Below are positions 63,823 to 64,000 of a stretch of 64,000 nucleotides of DNA, in pieces. The notes under the pieces are model-generated. The model was not told the DNA's origin. It saw only the letters and a list, made by a program, of their open reading frames with translations, and did not search any database. Source of the DNA: Rozella allomycis CSF55. Taxonomy: Eukaryota. The stretch is from positions 1-64,000 of the forward strand of contig KE561038.1 of assembly GCA_000442015.1 (NCBI GenBank), read 5' to 3'. The position numbers and the translations under genes are program-made. Position 1 is the stretch's first letter; each line of letters opens with the position of its first letter.

Positions 63823-64000
63823 TTAGTCGTCATCCGGATCACCAAGATGTGATAGATCAATTTTCTTTCTCGTAGGCCTTTGAATTTCCTTTATGTGATT
63901 ATGCTATCTGATTTACTTTTTCATCATCGGAAGTAACATTAACATCTTCTTTATCTTTGAACCCTGAGTCTTCTAACTCCTTTAATTCTGAAGCTAAATC
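63823..64000 (-). CDS. 3' end of an acidic protein running off the window
   Basis: DLASELKELEDSG...DDEK, a 28-nt GT-AG intron, then EIQRPTRKKIDLSHLGDPDDD*. Confidence 0.5.

Overview
Gene-dense, AT-rich eukaryotic nuclear DNA, not prokaryotic. It holds about 40 protein genes broken by ultra-short (~25-34 nt) spliceosomal introns, with most intergenic gaps under 150 bp. Fungal-type housekeeping genes (ERG10, ECM4, ESA1, GPI8, SCT1/GPT2, NRK1, PCL cyclin, Mug65/Spo73-like, SET9, CFT1, RAD3) occur with flagellar/centriolar genes (IFT80, DNAI1, PACRGL, PPP1R42, PIBF1-like, lebercilin-like) and a Twinkle helicase. This points to a zoosporic early-diverging fungal lineage; a Rozella/Cryptomycota-like parasite is an inference. 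Gene models were rebuilt by hand by splicing, and family calls come from recalled motifs, not database searches. Main observations: (1) three introns that appear to need a non-canonical GT...TG 3' splice site (FHIT, LETM1, PIBF1-like), in a genome whose introns look length-defined; (2) a surface tandem SOD-fold protein that keeps the Zn ligands but has lost the Cu ligands; (3) a filamin/Ig single-pass protein with FUS1/GEX2-like architecture near HOP1; (4) a signal-peptide HECT E3 ligase; (5) a dicistronic tRNA-Phe/tRNA-Leu; (6) an unexplained structured 600-bp gap. Duplications flanking single N bases are treated as heterozygous assembly joins.
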